Origin: Candidatus Falkowbacteria bacterium GW2011_GWF2_43_32
Lineage (GTDB): Bacteria > Patescibacteriota > Patescibacteriia > Patescibacteriales > UBA12465
Reading direction: 5' to 3'
NCBI GenBank assembly: GCA_000999715.1
Contig: LCGL01000001.1
Coordinates: 323,139-387,138, forward strand
DNA: 64,000 bases
This document shows, piece after piece, positions 43,450-51,821 of this stretch. Numbering within the stretch: the stretch's first letter is position 1; each line of letters begins with the position of its first letter. Position numbers and translations under genes: made by a program. The notes under the pieces were generated by a model. That model was not told the origin of the DNA, searched no databases, and was given only the letters and a program-made list of their open reading frames with translations.

Positions 43450-44007
43450 ATGCGGATTAAATTCCATCGTTTAGAAAGAAAAAAAGAAGTGCCGATTTTT
43501 AGAGCCAATACTCAGATACGAGTACCGGAAGTATTTTTAATAGATGAAAACAATGAAGCGATCGGCAAGATGTCGACGGCCGAGGCGATTGCCAAAGCTC
43601 AGGAAAGCGATTTGGATTTAGTGGAGGTTAATCCTAAAGCCAATCCGCCGGTAGTTAAAATCGTGAATTTGGGTCAATTGAAGTATGAACGGGAGAAGCA
43701 GGCGCATAAGCAAAAAATGCAACAGAAGAAAATTGATACCAAAAATATTCGTCTGTCTTTCCGCATCAGCGAACATGATTTGGGCATGCGTGTTTCTCAG
43801 GCCGAGAAATTTTTGTCTAAAGACAATAAAATCAAAGTAGAGCTGATTTTACGCGGACGAGAGAGACAATATCCCCAGAAGGCCGCGGAAATCGTTAATA
43901 ATTTTGTGGCCAAGTTGAAAGCCAATTCGGAATTAGTCATAGAAGCTGAACAGGCCTTGACAAATCAGGGCGGAAGATTTACTATTATATTGATTAATAA
44001 AAAGTAA
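43450..44007 (+). CDS. infC: translation initiation factor IF-3
   Basis: 185 aa with the N-terminal IRVPEVFLIDENNEAIG motif. It sits in the conserved infC-rpmI-rplT order. The exact start is uncertain because IF-3 genes often use unusual start codons. Confidence 0.9.
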   Translation: MRIKFHRLERKKEVPIFRANTQIRVPEVFLIDENNEAIGKMSTAEAIAKAQESDLDLVEVNPKANPPVVKIVNLGQLKYEREKQAHKQKMQQKKIDTKNIRLSFRISEHDLGMRVSQAEKFLSKDNKIKVELILRGRERQYPQKAAEIVNNFVAKLKANSELVIEAEQALTNQGGRFTIILINKK

Positions 44008-44052
44008 TATCGTTAAATTCAGGTGTTCACCTGTTTTTTAATCGGTAAAATT

Positions 44053-44250
44053 ATGCCCAAGATCAAGACTCATAAGGCCACCGGCAAGCGCTTTACCAGA
44101 ACGGCTACCAAGAAGTTAAAACAACGGAAAGCCGGGCAGGATCATTTTAATTCCCGCGATACCGGAAACGCGACTCGCAAGAAACGTTTGGATATTTCCA
44201 CTCATAAGACTTTGGAGAAAACCATCAAAATGCTGACTCCTTATAATTAA
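44053..44250 (+). CDS. rpmI: 50S ribosomal protein L35
   Basis: MPKIKTHKATGKRF... is the canonical L35 N-terminus. I chose the internal ATG at 44053 within track ORF 44023..44250. Confidence 0.9.
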   Translation: MPKIKTHKATGKRFTRTATKKLKQRKAGQDHFNSRDTGNATRKKRLDISTHKTLEKTIKMLTPYN

Positions 44251-44298
44251 TTTAAAGATTATATTAATTCGGTTTAATACGGATCATAATTTTATCAT

Positions 44299-44649
44299 AT
44301 GCCTAGAGTAAAACGCGGTACGACCCATGTTAAAAAGAGACGAAAATTGCTTAAAGCCGTTAAAGGTTATAAGTGGGGTCGTAAAAAATTGATTAGACTG
44401 GCTAAAACCGCTCGGACTCATGCCGGAGCGCATGCTTATATTGATCGTCGCAAGAAAAAAAGAACGATGCGCGGTTTATGGCAAATGAAAATTAACGCTT
44501 TTGTTCGCGAGCACGGTTTGTCGTACTCCAAATTCATCGATATTTTAAAAAAGAACAAGGTTGAGGTTGACCGGAAAATTTTGGCCGATTTGGCGGTTAA
44601 CGATAAGGAAGTATTGACGGCGTTGATTACTAAACTTCATCAGAAATAA
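44299..44649 (+). CDS. rplT: 50S ribosomal protein L20
   Basis: MPRVKRGTTHVKKRRKLLK... is the canonical L20 sequence. Confidence 0.95.
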   Translation: MPRVKRGTTHVKKRRKLLKAVKGYKWGRKKLIRLAKTARTHAGAHAYIDRRKKKRTMRGLWQMKINAFVREHGLSYSKFIDILKKNKVEVDRKILADLAVNDKEVLTALITKLHQK

Positions 44650-44650
44650 T

Positions 44651-44866
44651 ATGATTTTTTGGATTAAAATCGGGCAAATTGCGGTGGCGGTGCTTTTGAT
44701 GCTCTCGATTTTAATGCAAAATCGCGGTTCGGGTTTGGGCGGCGTTTTTGGCGGTTCCGGCGGAGTATATCTCACCAAACGCGGATTAGAAAAAAAACTT
44801 TTTGTCGCGACTATCGTGTTAGCCGTGATTTTCATCCTTTTATCTTTATTCGTTTTCCTTATATAA
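44651..44866 (+). CDS. secG: preprotein translocase subunit SecG
   Basis: 71 aa with two TM segments separated by the Gly-rich loop NRGSGLGGVFGGSG. Confidence 0.75.
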   Translation: MIFWIKIGQIAVAVLLMLSILMQNRGSGLGGVFGGSGGVYLTKRGLEKKLFVATIVLAVIFILLSLFVFLI

Positions 44867-44901
44867 AGATTAAGCGTTGTTAGGGCGCGTTAAGATTTTT
44901 T

Positions 44902-46680
44902 GTGTCTTCACTTCAGAATAAAATTATTTCTTTTTGGCGAAAGTTGAGAAACGCTCGACTATTTTCTAATTGGTTAAAGAGCGATTCTTTCAGTCAGGAA
45001 AGCGCGGACAGAAAACTTATTTATGCATTGTCGCCCCGGAAGATTCCGAATGGGGAGCAAATCAAGCATTTGAATAAATTTTTGAATCCTCGGGAATTTT
45101 TGCTTATTAAAATATGTATTTTAATCGTTTTGGTGAACGGTGTTTATTTGGGAACGGTTTTTCTAAAAAAACATTTGCAGTATCTGCCGGTAATCGGCGG
45201 TGAATACATTGAAGGAGTGGTGGGCTCCCCGAAAACAATCAATCCGCTTTACGCGGTTAATCGCGATATAGATAGCGATCTGAGTCGCTTGATTTATTCC
45301 AGCTTATTTAAATATGATATTCACGGGCGTTTAAGTCATGACTTGGTCGAGACGATGGAAATCGGCGGCGAGAACAAAGAATATATCATTAAAATCAAAG
45401 AAGGCGTTAGCTGGCATACCGGCGGCAATTTGACTGCCGAAGATATTGTTTTTACCGTTAATCTTATTAAAAGCGCCGAATACAATTCCCCGCTCCGTTC
45501 CGCTTTTACCAATATTACGGTGGAAAAAATTGATGATCTGACTCTTAAATTTGTTTTGGCCGAGCCATATGCTCCGTTTCCGGATCTTTTGACCTTTGGC
45601 ATTTTACCGGCCAATCTTTGGAAAAACATCGCCCCGAATGCGGCGGTTTTGGCCGATTTAAATTTGAAGCCCGTCGGCTCCGGTCCATATAAATTCAAAT
45701 CTCTGGTTAAAAGTAAAACCGGCGACTTGAAAGAATATCGCCTGGAGGCCAATGCCGATTATTACGGCGGCCAAGCGTATTTGAAAAATATTACTTTTAT
45801 TTTTTTCGTAGATTACATTGAGGCCATCAAGGCTTTCAATGATAATCAAATCATGGGTTTGAATTATTTGCCCTTTACTTTACGCCAAGAAATTTTGGCC
45901 CAGAATTCCGTGAAATTTCGGGAATTGGCTCAACCGCAGATTATTTCTCTTTTTTTCAACAGTGTCAAAAATAAAACTTTGGCCGACAAAGACGTTCGGG
46001 TGGCTTTGGCGACGGCCTTGGATAAAAATCAAATCATTCAAGAAGTTTTTGCCGGTATTCATTCTCCGGCGGACGGACCGATTTTAAAAGAAAGCTTCGC
46101 TTATAACGAAGAAATTAAAAAATATGATTATGCTCCGGCCACAGCCGCCGAGACGATTAAAACTAAGCCGGTAACCGCGATTTTAACCGTTATTGATTCC
46201 GGAAACAACGTGGCGGTAGCGGAAAAGGTTAAAGACTATTGGACGAAGGCCGGCGGACAAATTAGTTTGAATATCGTTTCGGGTGATCAGGCGGCCGAAA
46301 TTGTCAAAAATCGTAATTTTGAAATCTTGTTATACGGTGAATTTATCGGTGGCGATCCGGACGTTTTTGTTTTTTGGCACTCCAGTCAAGCTGGTGAAAG
46401 AGGTTTTAACTTGACCGGGTATAACAATCCGGAAGCGGATAAATTATTGGCGGAAGCCAGAGTAAGCACAGATCAGGCCGAGCGCATCAGTCGATATAAA
46501 AAATTTCAAGAAATAGTCGTCGCGGATTTGCCGGCCATATTTTTATACTCTCCGAGTTATACTTATGTACAGAGCAATAAACTTAAGGGGTTTTCCGGAA
46601 CGGCGATTGTTGATCCCGGCGATCGATTTAGCGGCGTCGGCGGCTGGTATTTAAAGACTAAGAAAAAATTAACTTGGTAA
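44902..46680 (+). CDS. ABC-transporter family-5 (peptide/nickel type) solute-binding protein
   Basis: 592 aa with an N-terminal TM anchor. The SBP_bac_5-like core pattern is L......P.LA........D...Y.F.LR.GV.WHDG. No permease genes lie adjacent. Confidence 0.65.
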   Translation: MSSLQNKIISFWRKLRNARLFSNWLKSDSFSQESADRKLIYALSPRKIPNGEQIKHLNKFLNPREFLLIKICILIVLVNGVYLGTVFLKKHLQYLPVIGGEYIEGVVGSPKTINPLYAVNRDIDSDLSRLIYSSLFKYDIHGRLSHDLVETMEIGGENKEYIIKIKEGVSWHTGGNLTAEDIVFTVNLIKSAEYNSPLRSAFTNITVEKIDDLTLKFVLAEPYAPFPDLLTFGILPANLWKNIAPNAAVLADLNLKPVGSGPYKFKSLVKSKTGDLKEYRLEANADYYGGQAYLKNITFIFFVDYIEAIKAFNDNQIMGLNYLPFTLRQEILAQNSVKFRELAQPQIISLFFNSVKNKTLADKDVRVALATALDKNQIIQEVFAGIHSPADGPILKESFAYNEEIKKYDYAPATAAETIKTKPVTAILTVIDSGNNVAVAEKVKDYWTKAGGQISLNIVSGDQAAEIVKNRNFEILLYGEFIGGDPDVFVFWHSSQAGERGFNLTGYNNPEADKLLAEARVSTDQAERISRYKKFQEIVVADLPAIFLYSPSYTYVQSNKLKGFSGTAIVDPGDRFSGVGGWYLKTKKKLTW

Positions 46681-46802
46681 GTTCTCGTTAAGCTTCGGCC
46701 GAGAGAGCTTACCCATTCATATAACTCATCGAGGGGAACCTCGAATTATCGGTGTCCGTGTCCTTAAAATAGACTCGCCCGATACATTAATAATTAAATA
46801 AA

Positions 46803-48596
46803 ATGTTTGCAAAACAACACACTCCGACGCCAACGCCTCGGAAAAGCTTTTCCGGCCGCGGCCGGGAAGCTTCGTATAGTCCAGTTCGTGTCGATAAAAA
46901 AGAATTCGGCCCGGCCACCAATCCCCTGAAGGTCATGGTGGTCGGCGGTTTGGAAGAAGTCGGGCGGAATATGACGATTATCGAGTATCGCAAAGAAATC
47001 ATCATCATTGATATGGGTTTGCAGTTCCCGGAAGAAGATATGCCGGGCATCGATTATATCATTCCTGACGTTACTTACTTGAAAGACAAGAAAGACTGGG
47101 TTAAAGGCGTGATTATCACGCATGGTCATTATGATCATATCGGCGGCATTCCTCATATTATGGGAGAAATAGGCAATCCGCCGATGTTCATGGGTAAAAT
47201 GACCGCCGGTTTGGTCAGAAAACGTCATCAAGAATATAAAACCGCGCCCGCTTTGAAAATCAAAGAAATAGACGAAACAAGTTCGGTTAAACTGGGCTCG
47301 TCTTTTCAGATTGATTTTTTACGGGTTAACCATTCTATTCCCGATTGTTTCGCCATTATCGTGAAAACCGCTTTGGGAACAATTATTCATACCGGCGATT
47401 TCAAAATAGATTTTTCTCCGGTGAACGATAAGCCGGCCGATTTGAACAGAATCGCTCAATTGGGCGCTCAAGGCGTTTTGATGCTTATGTCCGATTCCAC
47501 CGACTCCACTCATCCCGGTTATCAGATTTCCGAATCGGCCATCGGCGAAGAGTTGGGAAAATTGTTTGATAAAATCGAAGGACGCATAATTATCGGCACT
47601 TTCGCTTCGCAGTTAAGTCGTGTTCAGAAGATTTTTGAGTTGGCCGAAAAATACGGTCGTCGCGTCAATCTTCAGGGGCGAAGCATGAATTCCAACGTTG
47701 AGGTCGCTCATCAGATCGGTTATCTTAAATTTGATCCGCGCATTTTGGTGGAAGATAAAGATTTAAATCGACTGTCCGACAATAAAGTCATTATTATCGG
47801 TACCGGCGCTCAAGGAGAAGCAAACGCCTTTCTGAATAGAGTCGTCAATAACGAACACCGTACCGTATCGTTAAAACAAGGAGATACGGTGCTCTTTTCT
47901 TCTTCCATTATTCCCGGCAATGAGCGCAGTGTTCAAAATATCATGGATATGTTGGTTAGACAGGGTGCCAAGATTATCAATTACAGAATGTTGGACATTC
48001 ATGCCGGCGGTCACGCGAAAGAAGAAGACTTGAAATTAATGATGCGCTTGATTAAACCGGAATATTTTATGCCCATTGAAGGCAATCATTATATGTTGAA
48101 GGCTCATGCCGATTTGGCCGAAATCGTGGGTATTCCGAAAGATCATATTTTTGTGGCCGATAACGGTCAAGTAGTTTCTTTCCATAAAGCCGTCGACAAT
48201 AAAATTGTCGGTACGTTGACGAAAGAAAAAATCCCCTCCGCTTATGTCATGGTTGACGGTTTGGGTGTCGGCGACGTTTCGGAAATCGTTCTGCGTGATC
48301 GGCGCATGATGGCCGATGACGGCATGATTGTCATTATTGCCACCATTGATAATAAAACCGGTACCATCATCGGTAATCCCGATTTGATTTCTCGGGGGTT
48401 TGTCTACATGAAAGGCAATCGTGATTTGATTGAGAAAACCAGAATGAAAGTTAAGAAGATCGTTAAAGATAAAAATCCGATGACTCCGGCGGATGACGAT
48501 TATATCAAGAATAAAATCAGAAATGATATCGGACAATTTTTATTTAACGCCACCAAACGACGCCCGATGGTTTTGCCGGTGGTGATTAAGGTTTAA
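46803..48596 (+). CDS. rnj: ribonuclease J
   Basis: 597 aa with the metallo-beta-lactamase motif HGHYDHIGG, a beta-CASP region and a C-terminal domain. It also has a roughly 40-aa N-terminal extension. Confidence 0.9.
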   Translation: MFAKQHTPTPTPRKSFSGRGREASYSPVRVDKKEFGPATNPLKVMVVGGLEEVGRNMTIIEYRKEIIIIDMGLQFPEEDMPGIDYIIPDVTYLKDKKDWVKGVIITHGHYDHIGGIPHIMGEIGNPPMFMGKMTAGLVRKRHQEYKTAPALKIKEIDETSSVKLGSSFQIDFLRVNHSIPDCFAIIVKTALGTIIHTGDFKIDFSPVNDKPADLNRIAQLGAQGVLMLMSDSTDSTHPGYQISESAIGEELGKLFDKIEGRIIIGTFASQLSRVQKIFELAEKYGRRVNLQGRSMNSNVEVAHQIGYLKFDPRILVEDKDLNRLSDNKVIIIGTGAQGEANAFLNRVVNNEHRTVSLKQGDTVLFSSSIIPGNERSVQNIMDMLVRQGAKIINYRMLDIHAGGHAKEEDLKLMMRLIKPEYFMPIEGNHYMLKAHADLAEIVGIPKDHIFVADNGQVVSFHKAVDNKIVGTLTKEKIPSAYVMVDGLGVGDVSEIVLRDRRMMADDGMIVIIATIDNKTGTIIGNPDLISRGFVYMKGNRDLIEKTRMKVKKIVKDKNPMTPADDDYIKNKIRNDIGQFLFNATKRRPMVLPVVIKV

Positions 48597-48714
48597 GGTC
48601 GGTATTGATAAAGAGATTATCTTGATATTTAGCTAATATTCATTTAAAAAAGACCAATAATAAGTTGGTCTTTTTGCTTGTGGTTAAATTGTGGATAAAA
48701 GTATGTGGAAAGTA

Positions 48715-48743
48715 TTGACAAGCAATGTTTTATATGCTATAGT
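48715..48743 (+). promoter_or_regulatory. promoter of the orphan sRNA candidate
   Basis: TTGACA (48715-48720), 17-nt spacer, TATAGT (48738-48743). Three DnaA-box-like sites lie immediately upstream at 48679-48712. Confidence 0.6.
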
Positions 48744-48749
48744 AATAAG

Positions 48750-48907
48750 TCGTTTAAAAATACATAAAAGACATCTTTAGAAAAGACCGCTTTAAACGGG
48801 TCAGGCACGACAAGCATGGGGATTTTCTTGTAGGTTTTTCTGGCTCCGCGCTCGAAAGTGCCTAGAAGAAATTTTCTTGCCTACCCGTTTAAGTCGGTCT
48901 TTTTTTA
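48750..48907 (+). ncRNA. orphan structured sRNA candidate (about 158 nt), unknown family
   Basis: It lies between a consensus promoter and a U7 run. 48784-48801 pairs with 48883-48900 (16 of 18 positions Watson-Crick, the other two a T:G wobble and a C:T mismatch). This stem encloses the helices AGGCAC/GTGCCT, ACAAG/CTTGT and AAGAA/TTCTT. No ORF is present, and the next gene is on the opposite strand. Confidence 0.5.
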
Positions 48908-48927
48908 TAGAAAATATTTATTTTATC

Positions 48928-49665
48928 TTATTCAAACATTCTGTCTTTACCGACGATTACGTTAACGCGATCTTTGCTGATACCCACTTCAATCGGCGTG
49001 GCCATCTCGATAACGCCGTCAACCAGTAATTTGTTATTCGGATTGGTTATCAATAATTTTTTGGCGCTCAAATAAGTTTGGTCTTTTCTTTTGGTTTTGA
49101 TGTAAATATCCAATTTGCCGTCATGCGGATTGGATTTGATGCTTTGATTTTTGTCGCTGAGCAAATTAATAATACTTACTTCCCCTCTTTTGATAATCTC
49201 CAAAGAATAATCGTCAATTTCCAAAATCGTTCCCAGGCTTTGAATGGTGGCTTGGTTTAAAAAATAATATTGCCCGACTATCCCCAAATCTATTTTTTCC
49301 ACGCGGCGCGCCAGCAGGATATTGCAGGCCTCTTCTTCATTTTTAATGCCGAAAGAAGCGGCAATGGAATTGTCTCCGCCGACCGGAATGATGCCTAAAA
49401 TAGTTTTCTTTTGGAAATCGCTATAGATATCCGTATCAATAACCGCTCCGATTATTTTATTGATCGTTTGGTTGTTGCCCACGGCGACGATCGTTTTTGC
49501 GCCCAGTTTTATTTCGTTTTGGATAGTTCCCTTGATATTCTTAATACCGCCTAAACGAATAATTTTACCGTTCAATCCCAAATCAGTCAGCCGAATTTCT
49601 ATTCGGTTAATCGTTTTATTATATTTGCTTTTATTTAAATAGTCGTCGTAAATGTAGACGTGCAT
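48928..49665 (-). CDS. diacylglycerol/lipid kinase catalytic-domain protein (YegS/BmrU-like, short)
   Basis: 245 aa with VAVGNNQTINKIIGAV and GIIPVGGDNSIA (the GGDG-type motif of the DAGK_cat domain). Confidence 0.6.
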   Translation of the reverse strand: MHVYIYDDYLNKSKYNKTINRIEIRLTDLGLNGKIIRLGGIKNIKGTIQNEIKLGAKTIVAVGNNQTINKIIGAVIDTDIYSDFQKKTILGIIPVGGDNSIAASFGIKNEEEACNILLARRVEKIDLGIVGQYYFLNQATIQSLGTILEIDDYSLEIIKRGEVSIINLLSDKNQSIKSNPHDGKLDIYIKTKRKDQTYLSAKKLLITNPNNKLLVDGVIEMATPIEVGISKDRVNVIVGKDRMFE

Positions 49666-49679
49666 AGGGTTGCGCCCGT

Positions 49680-50090
49680 TTATTTATCTGTCGCTACCGC
49701 CTTTTCTTCCGGTTTTAATTTATCGTTGCGTTTATGTTCTTCGCTCAACATCATGAGTTGACCGTTAATGATCGCACCTTTGGCCACAGAGATTTCTCCA
49801 TATTGGATATCGCCGAAGATTTTGGCCGTTCCGCCGATGGCCAAATAATTTTTAGATTTAATATTGCCGCGGACCTCCCCGTTGACAATGGCATCCTTCG
49901 ATTCTATGTTGGCGGTTACTTTCGCCCGATCGCCGATAAACAGATTGGCATCGGTCTTTAAAGAGCCTTCTAACGAGCCTTCAATGATAATGCTTCCCTG
50001 TCCCTGGAAATTTCCTTTGACCTTGATGGAGGCGCCAATAATCGTTTCCGCATCCTTAAACTTTTCCAATTGATTGTCTTTATTAAACAT
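49680..50090 (-). CDS. bactofilin-family cytoskeletal protein
   Basis: 136 aa with repetitive beta-helical G.V.G.I....L.I...A.V.G.I pattern typical of bactofilins. Confidence 0.8.
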   Translation of the reverse strand: MFNKDNQLEKFKDAETIIGASIKVKGNFQGQGSIIIEGSLEGSLKTDANLFIGDRAKVTANIESKDAIVNGEVRGNIKSKNYLAIGGTAKIFGDIQYGEISVAKGAIINGQLMMLSEEHKRNDKLKPEEKAVATDK

Positions 50091-50280
50091 ATGGTTAATT
50101 TAATTATTAGGCTAAATTCTTATAAATAGCGGATAAATAAAAAGGCAGGATTATATTCTTATCTTAGTTTAATCTTAGCCGCTTGTCAAAAGCCGAATTG
50201 TCTTCAAAAACATTAATTTTAATTGTAAAAGTTATTTAATTATTATAGAATTAAAGCTGGTTATCCAATATTTTGTAAAT

Positions 50281-50355
50281 GTCCTCGTAGTTCAACGGAT
50301 AGAACGAGAATCTCCTAAGTTCTAAATCCAGGTTCAATTCCTGGCGGGGACACCA
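50281..50355 (+). tRNA. tRNA-Arg (anticodon CCU), CCA encoded
   Basis: Acceptor GTCCTCG/CGGGGAC, anticodon stem AGAAT/GTTCT, loop CTCCTAA, T-loop TTCAATT. The gene ends in ACCA. Confidence 0.8.
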
Positions 50356-50523
50356 GTTTTAGTATTATCATAATAAATTTGGTTTATTGTCAAGTATTTG
50401 ACAGAATTCCATAATTATTACATTGGTTCCCTCTTGACTTTTATTTTTATTCTAGTATGATATAGATAGTTTTTATAGTAGTTTTGGCTATAAAATAGCA
50501 ATTGTTCCTTGAGGAACAATTTT

Positions 50524-50584
50524 GGGTTATTAGCTCTTCCCTCGCTTCCCGTTCATTAATTGACGAAGGCGGAGGCTAGAGCGC
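50524..50584 (+). repeat. pseudo 5' fragment of tRNA-Ala(GGC) with a 37-nt insertion at the D-loop position
   Basis: GGGTTATTAGCTC (50524-50536) matches the tRNA 5' end GGGCCATTAGCTC at 11/13. GGCTAGAGCGC (50574-50584) is identical to the tRNA D-arm at 50616-50626. The two pieces are separated by ttccctcgcttcccgttcattaattgacgaaggcgga. Confidence 0.7.
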
Positions 50585-50598
50585 CTCAATGTGTTTAA

Positions 50599-50672
50599 GG
50601 GCCATTAGCTCAGTTGGCTAGAGCGCTTCCATGGCATGGAAGAGGTCAAGGGTTCAAGTCCCTTATGGTCCA
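50599..50672 (+). tRNA. tRNA-Ala (anticodon GGC)
   Basis: Acceptor GGGCCAT/ATGGTCC with G3:U70, anticodon stem CTTCC/GGAAG, loop ATGGCAT, T-loop TTCAAGT. Confidence 0.85.
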
Positions 50673-50919
50673 CTAAAAAAAAGAACCCCACCTGCGTGGG
50701 GTTCTTTTTTTAAGATTGAAAGCATAAGGGACTTGAAAGCCGGAGGCGATGCGCACTTGTGCGCCGCCGAGGCCGGGTCGGGGCGCTTAGCGAGTGAGAC
50801 TTGCGAAGCAAGCGAGCGAGGCTTAGCGACCGTGACCAAGTCCCTTATGGTCCACTAATGAAAACAACCCGAACTGCTTTGGGTTGTTTTCATTAAAGAT
50901 AAAAATAAGGGACTTGAAC
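50673..50919 (+). repeat. tRNA-Ala(GGC) trailer module, doubled: hairpin, inverted T-arm, GC-rich spacer, 22-bp 3'-end repeat, second hairpin, second inverted T-arm
   Basis: caagtcccttatggtccactaa occurs at 50655-50676 and 50837-50858 (22/22). cataagggacttgaa (50723-50737) and ataagggacttgaac (50905-50919) are 15-nt exact inverted copies of the T-arm. Hairpins are at 50676-50712 and 50859-50895. The GC-rich spacer is at 50738-50836. Confidence 0.85.
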
Positions 50920-50965
50920 GGATGGCTATTATAGTATATTATTTAGGTGTACTAATTTAATTAAT

Positions 50966-51556
50966 ATGAAAAAAAGAGTTTTTATAATACATGGTTGGGA
51001 TGGGTCTCCGCAAGAGAATTGGTTTCCATGGTTAAAAAGGGAATTAGAAGTTAGAAACTTTGAGGTAATTGTGCCTCAACTTCCTAAACCGGAAGAGCCA
51101 CGGATCAGTAATTGGATTCCCTTTTTAGAAAAAATTGTTATTAATCCGGACATTAACACTTATTTCATTGGTCATAGTATGGGTTGCCAAGCGGTAGCTC
51201 GTTTTTTAGAAAGATTACCAAATAACATTATTGTTGGTGGAGCGATTTTTGTGGCTGGATTTTTTAAACGTCTAACGAATCTTGAGGATGACGATGTAAC
51301 TAACAGTGTTGCGAAAGAATGGTTAGTCTCTTCCTTAGATTTAAAAAAAGTTAAAACTCATTTAAAAAATAGTGTTGCTATTTTTTCCGACAACGATCCG
51401 TATGTTCCATTAGATAACCAAGAAGAGTATATAGATTATCTGGAATCCAAAATAGTGGTTGAACATAATAAGGGGCATTTCAACAGTGGTGCTGGTATTA
51501 CTGAATTGCCGTTTGTTTTAGAAGCCGTATTAGAGATTAGCAAGAGAGGGAATTGA
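50966..51556 (+). CDS. alpha/beta hydrolase of the YdeN/RBBP9 serine-hydrolase type
   Basis: 196 aa with FIIHGW.GSP..NWFPWL and the nucleophile elbow GHSMG. The gene is visibly AT-richer than its neighbours. Confidence 0.65.
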   Translation: MKKRVFIIHGWDGSPQENWFPWLKRELEVRNFEVIVPQLPKPEEPRISNWIPFLEKIVINPDINTYFIGHSMGCQAVARFLERLPNNIIVGGAIFVAGFFKRLTNLEDDDVTNSVAKEWLVSSLDLKKVKTHLKNSVAIFSDNDPYVPLDNQEEYIDYLESKIVVEHNKGHFNSGAGITELPFVLEAVLEISKRGN

Positions 51557-51821
51557 TATAAATATTGATATAAATAATGTAATGCACATGCCGCTAAGAT
51601 TAGTCTACAATAATGTAGACTTTTCTTTTTTATTTAGCTAATATTAAATAAATAACACGTTTAGACAAATTGTGGAAAAGTTGTTATTATCTAGTAAATT
51701 TTTCGCTAAAATTAAATAGACATCAATTTAAAGATCAATAATTTTTTTTAAATTTCGTTGATTTGCTTTTAATAAAAAAAGAAATTATAATTAAGCTATT
51801 AAAATTAATTTTATTATATTT

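Noticed and set aside
46681-46802. A structured 5' leader of rnj (hairpin TCGAGG-GGAA-CCTCGA and a CTTCGGCCGAG palindrome) as a possible autoregulatory element
   Set aside because: The hairpins are real, but I have no comparative or motif evidence. This is ordinary UTR structure until shown otherwise.
50631-50858. 75-aa ORF (MAWKRSRVQVPYGPLKK...)
   Set aside because: It starts inside tRNA-Ala(GGC) and reads through the terminator and GC-rich spacer to the second 3'-end repeat. It is a spurious frame.
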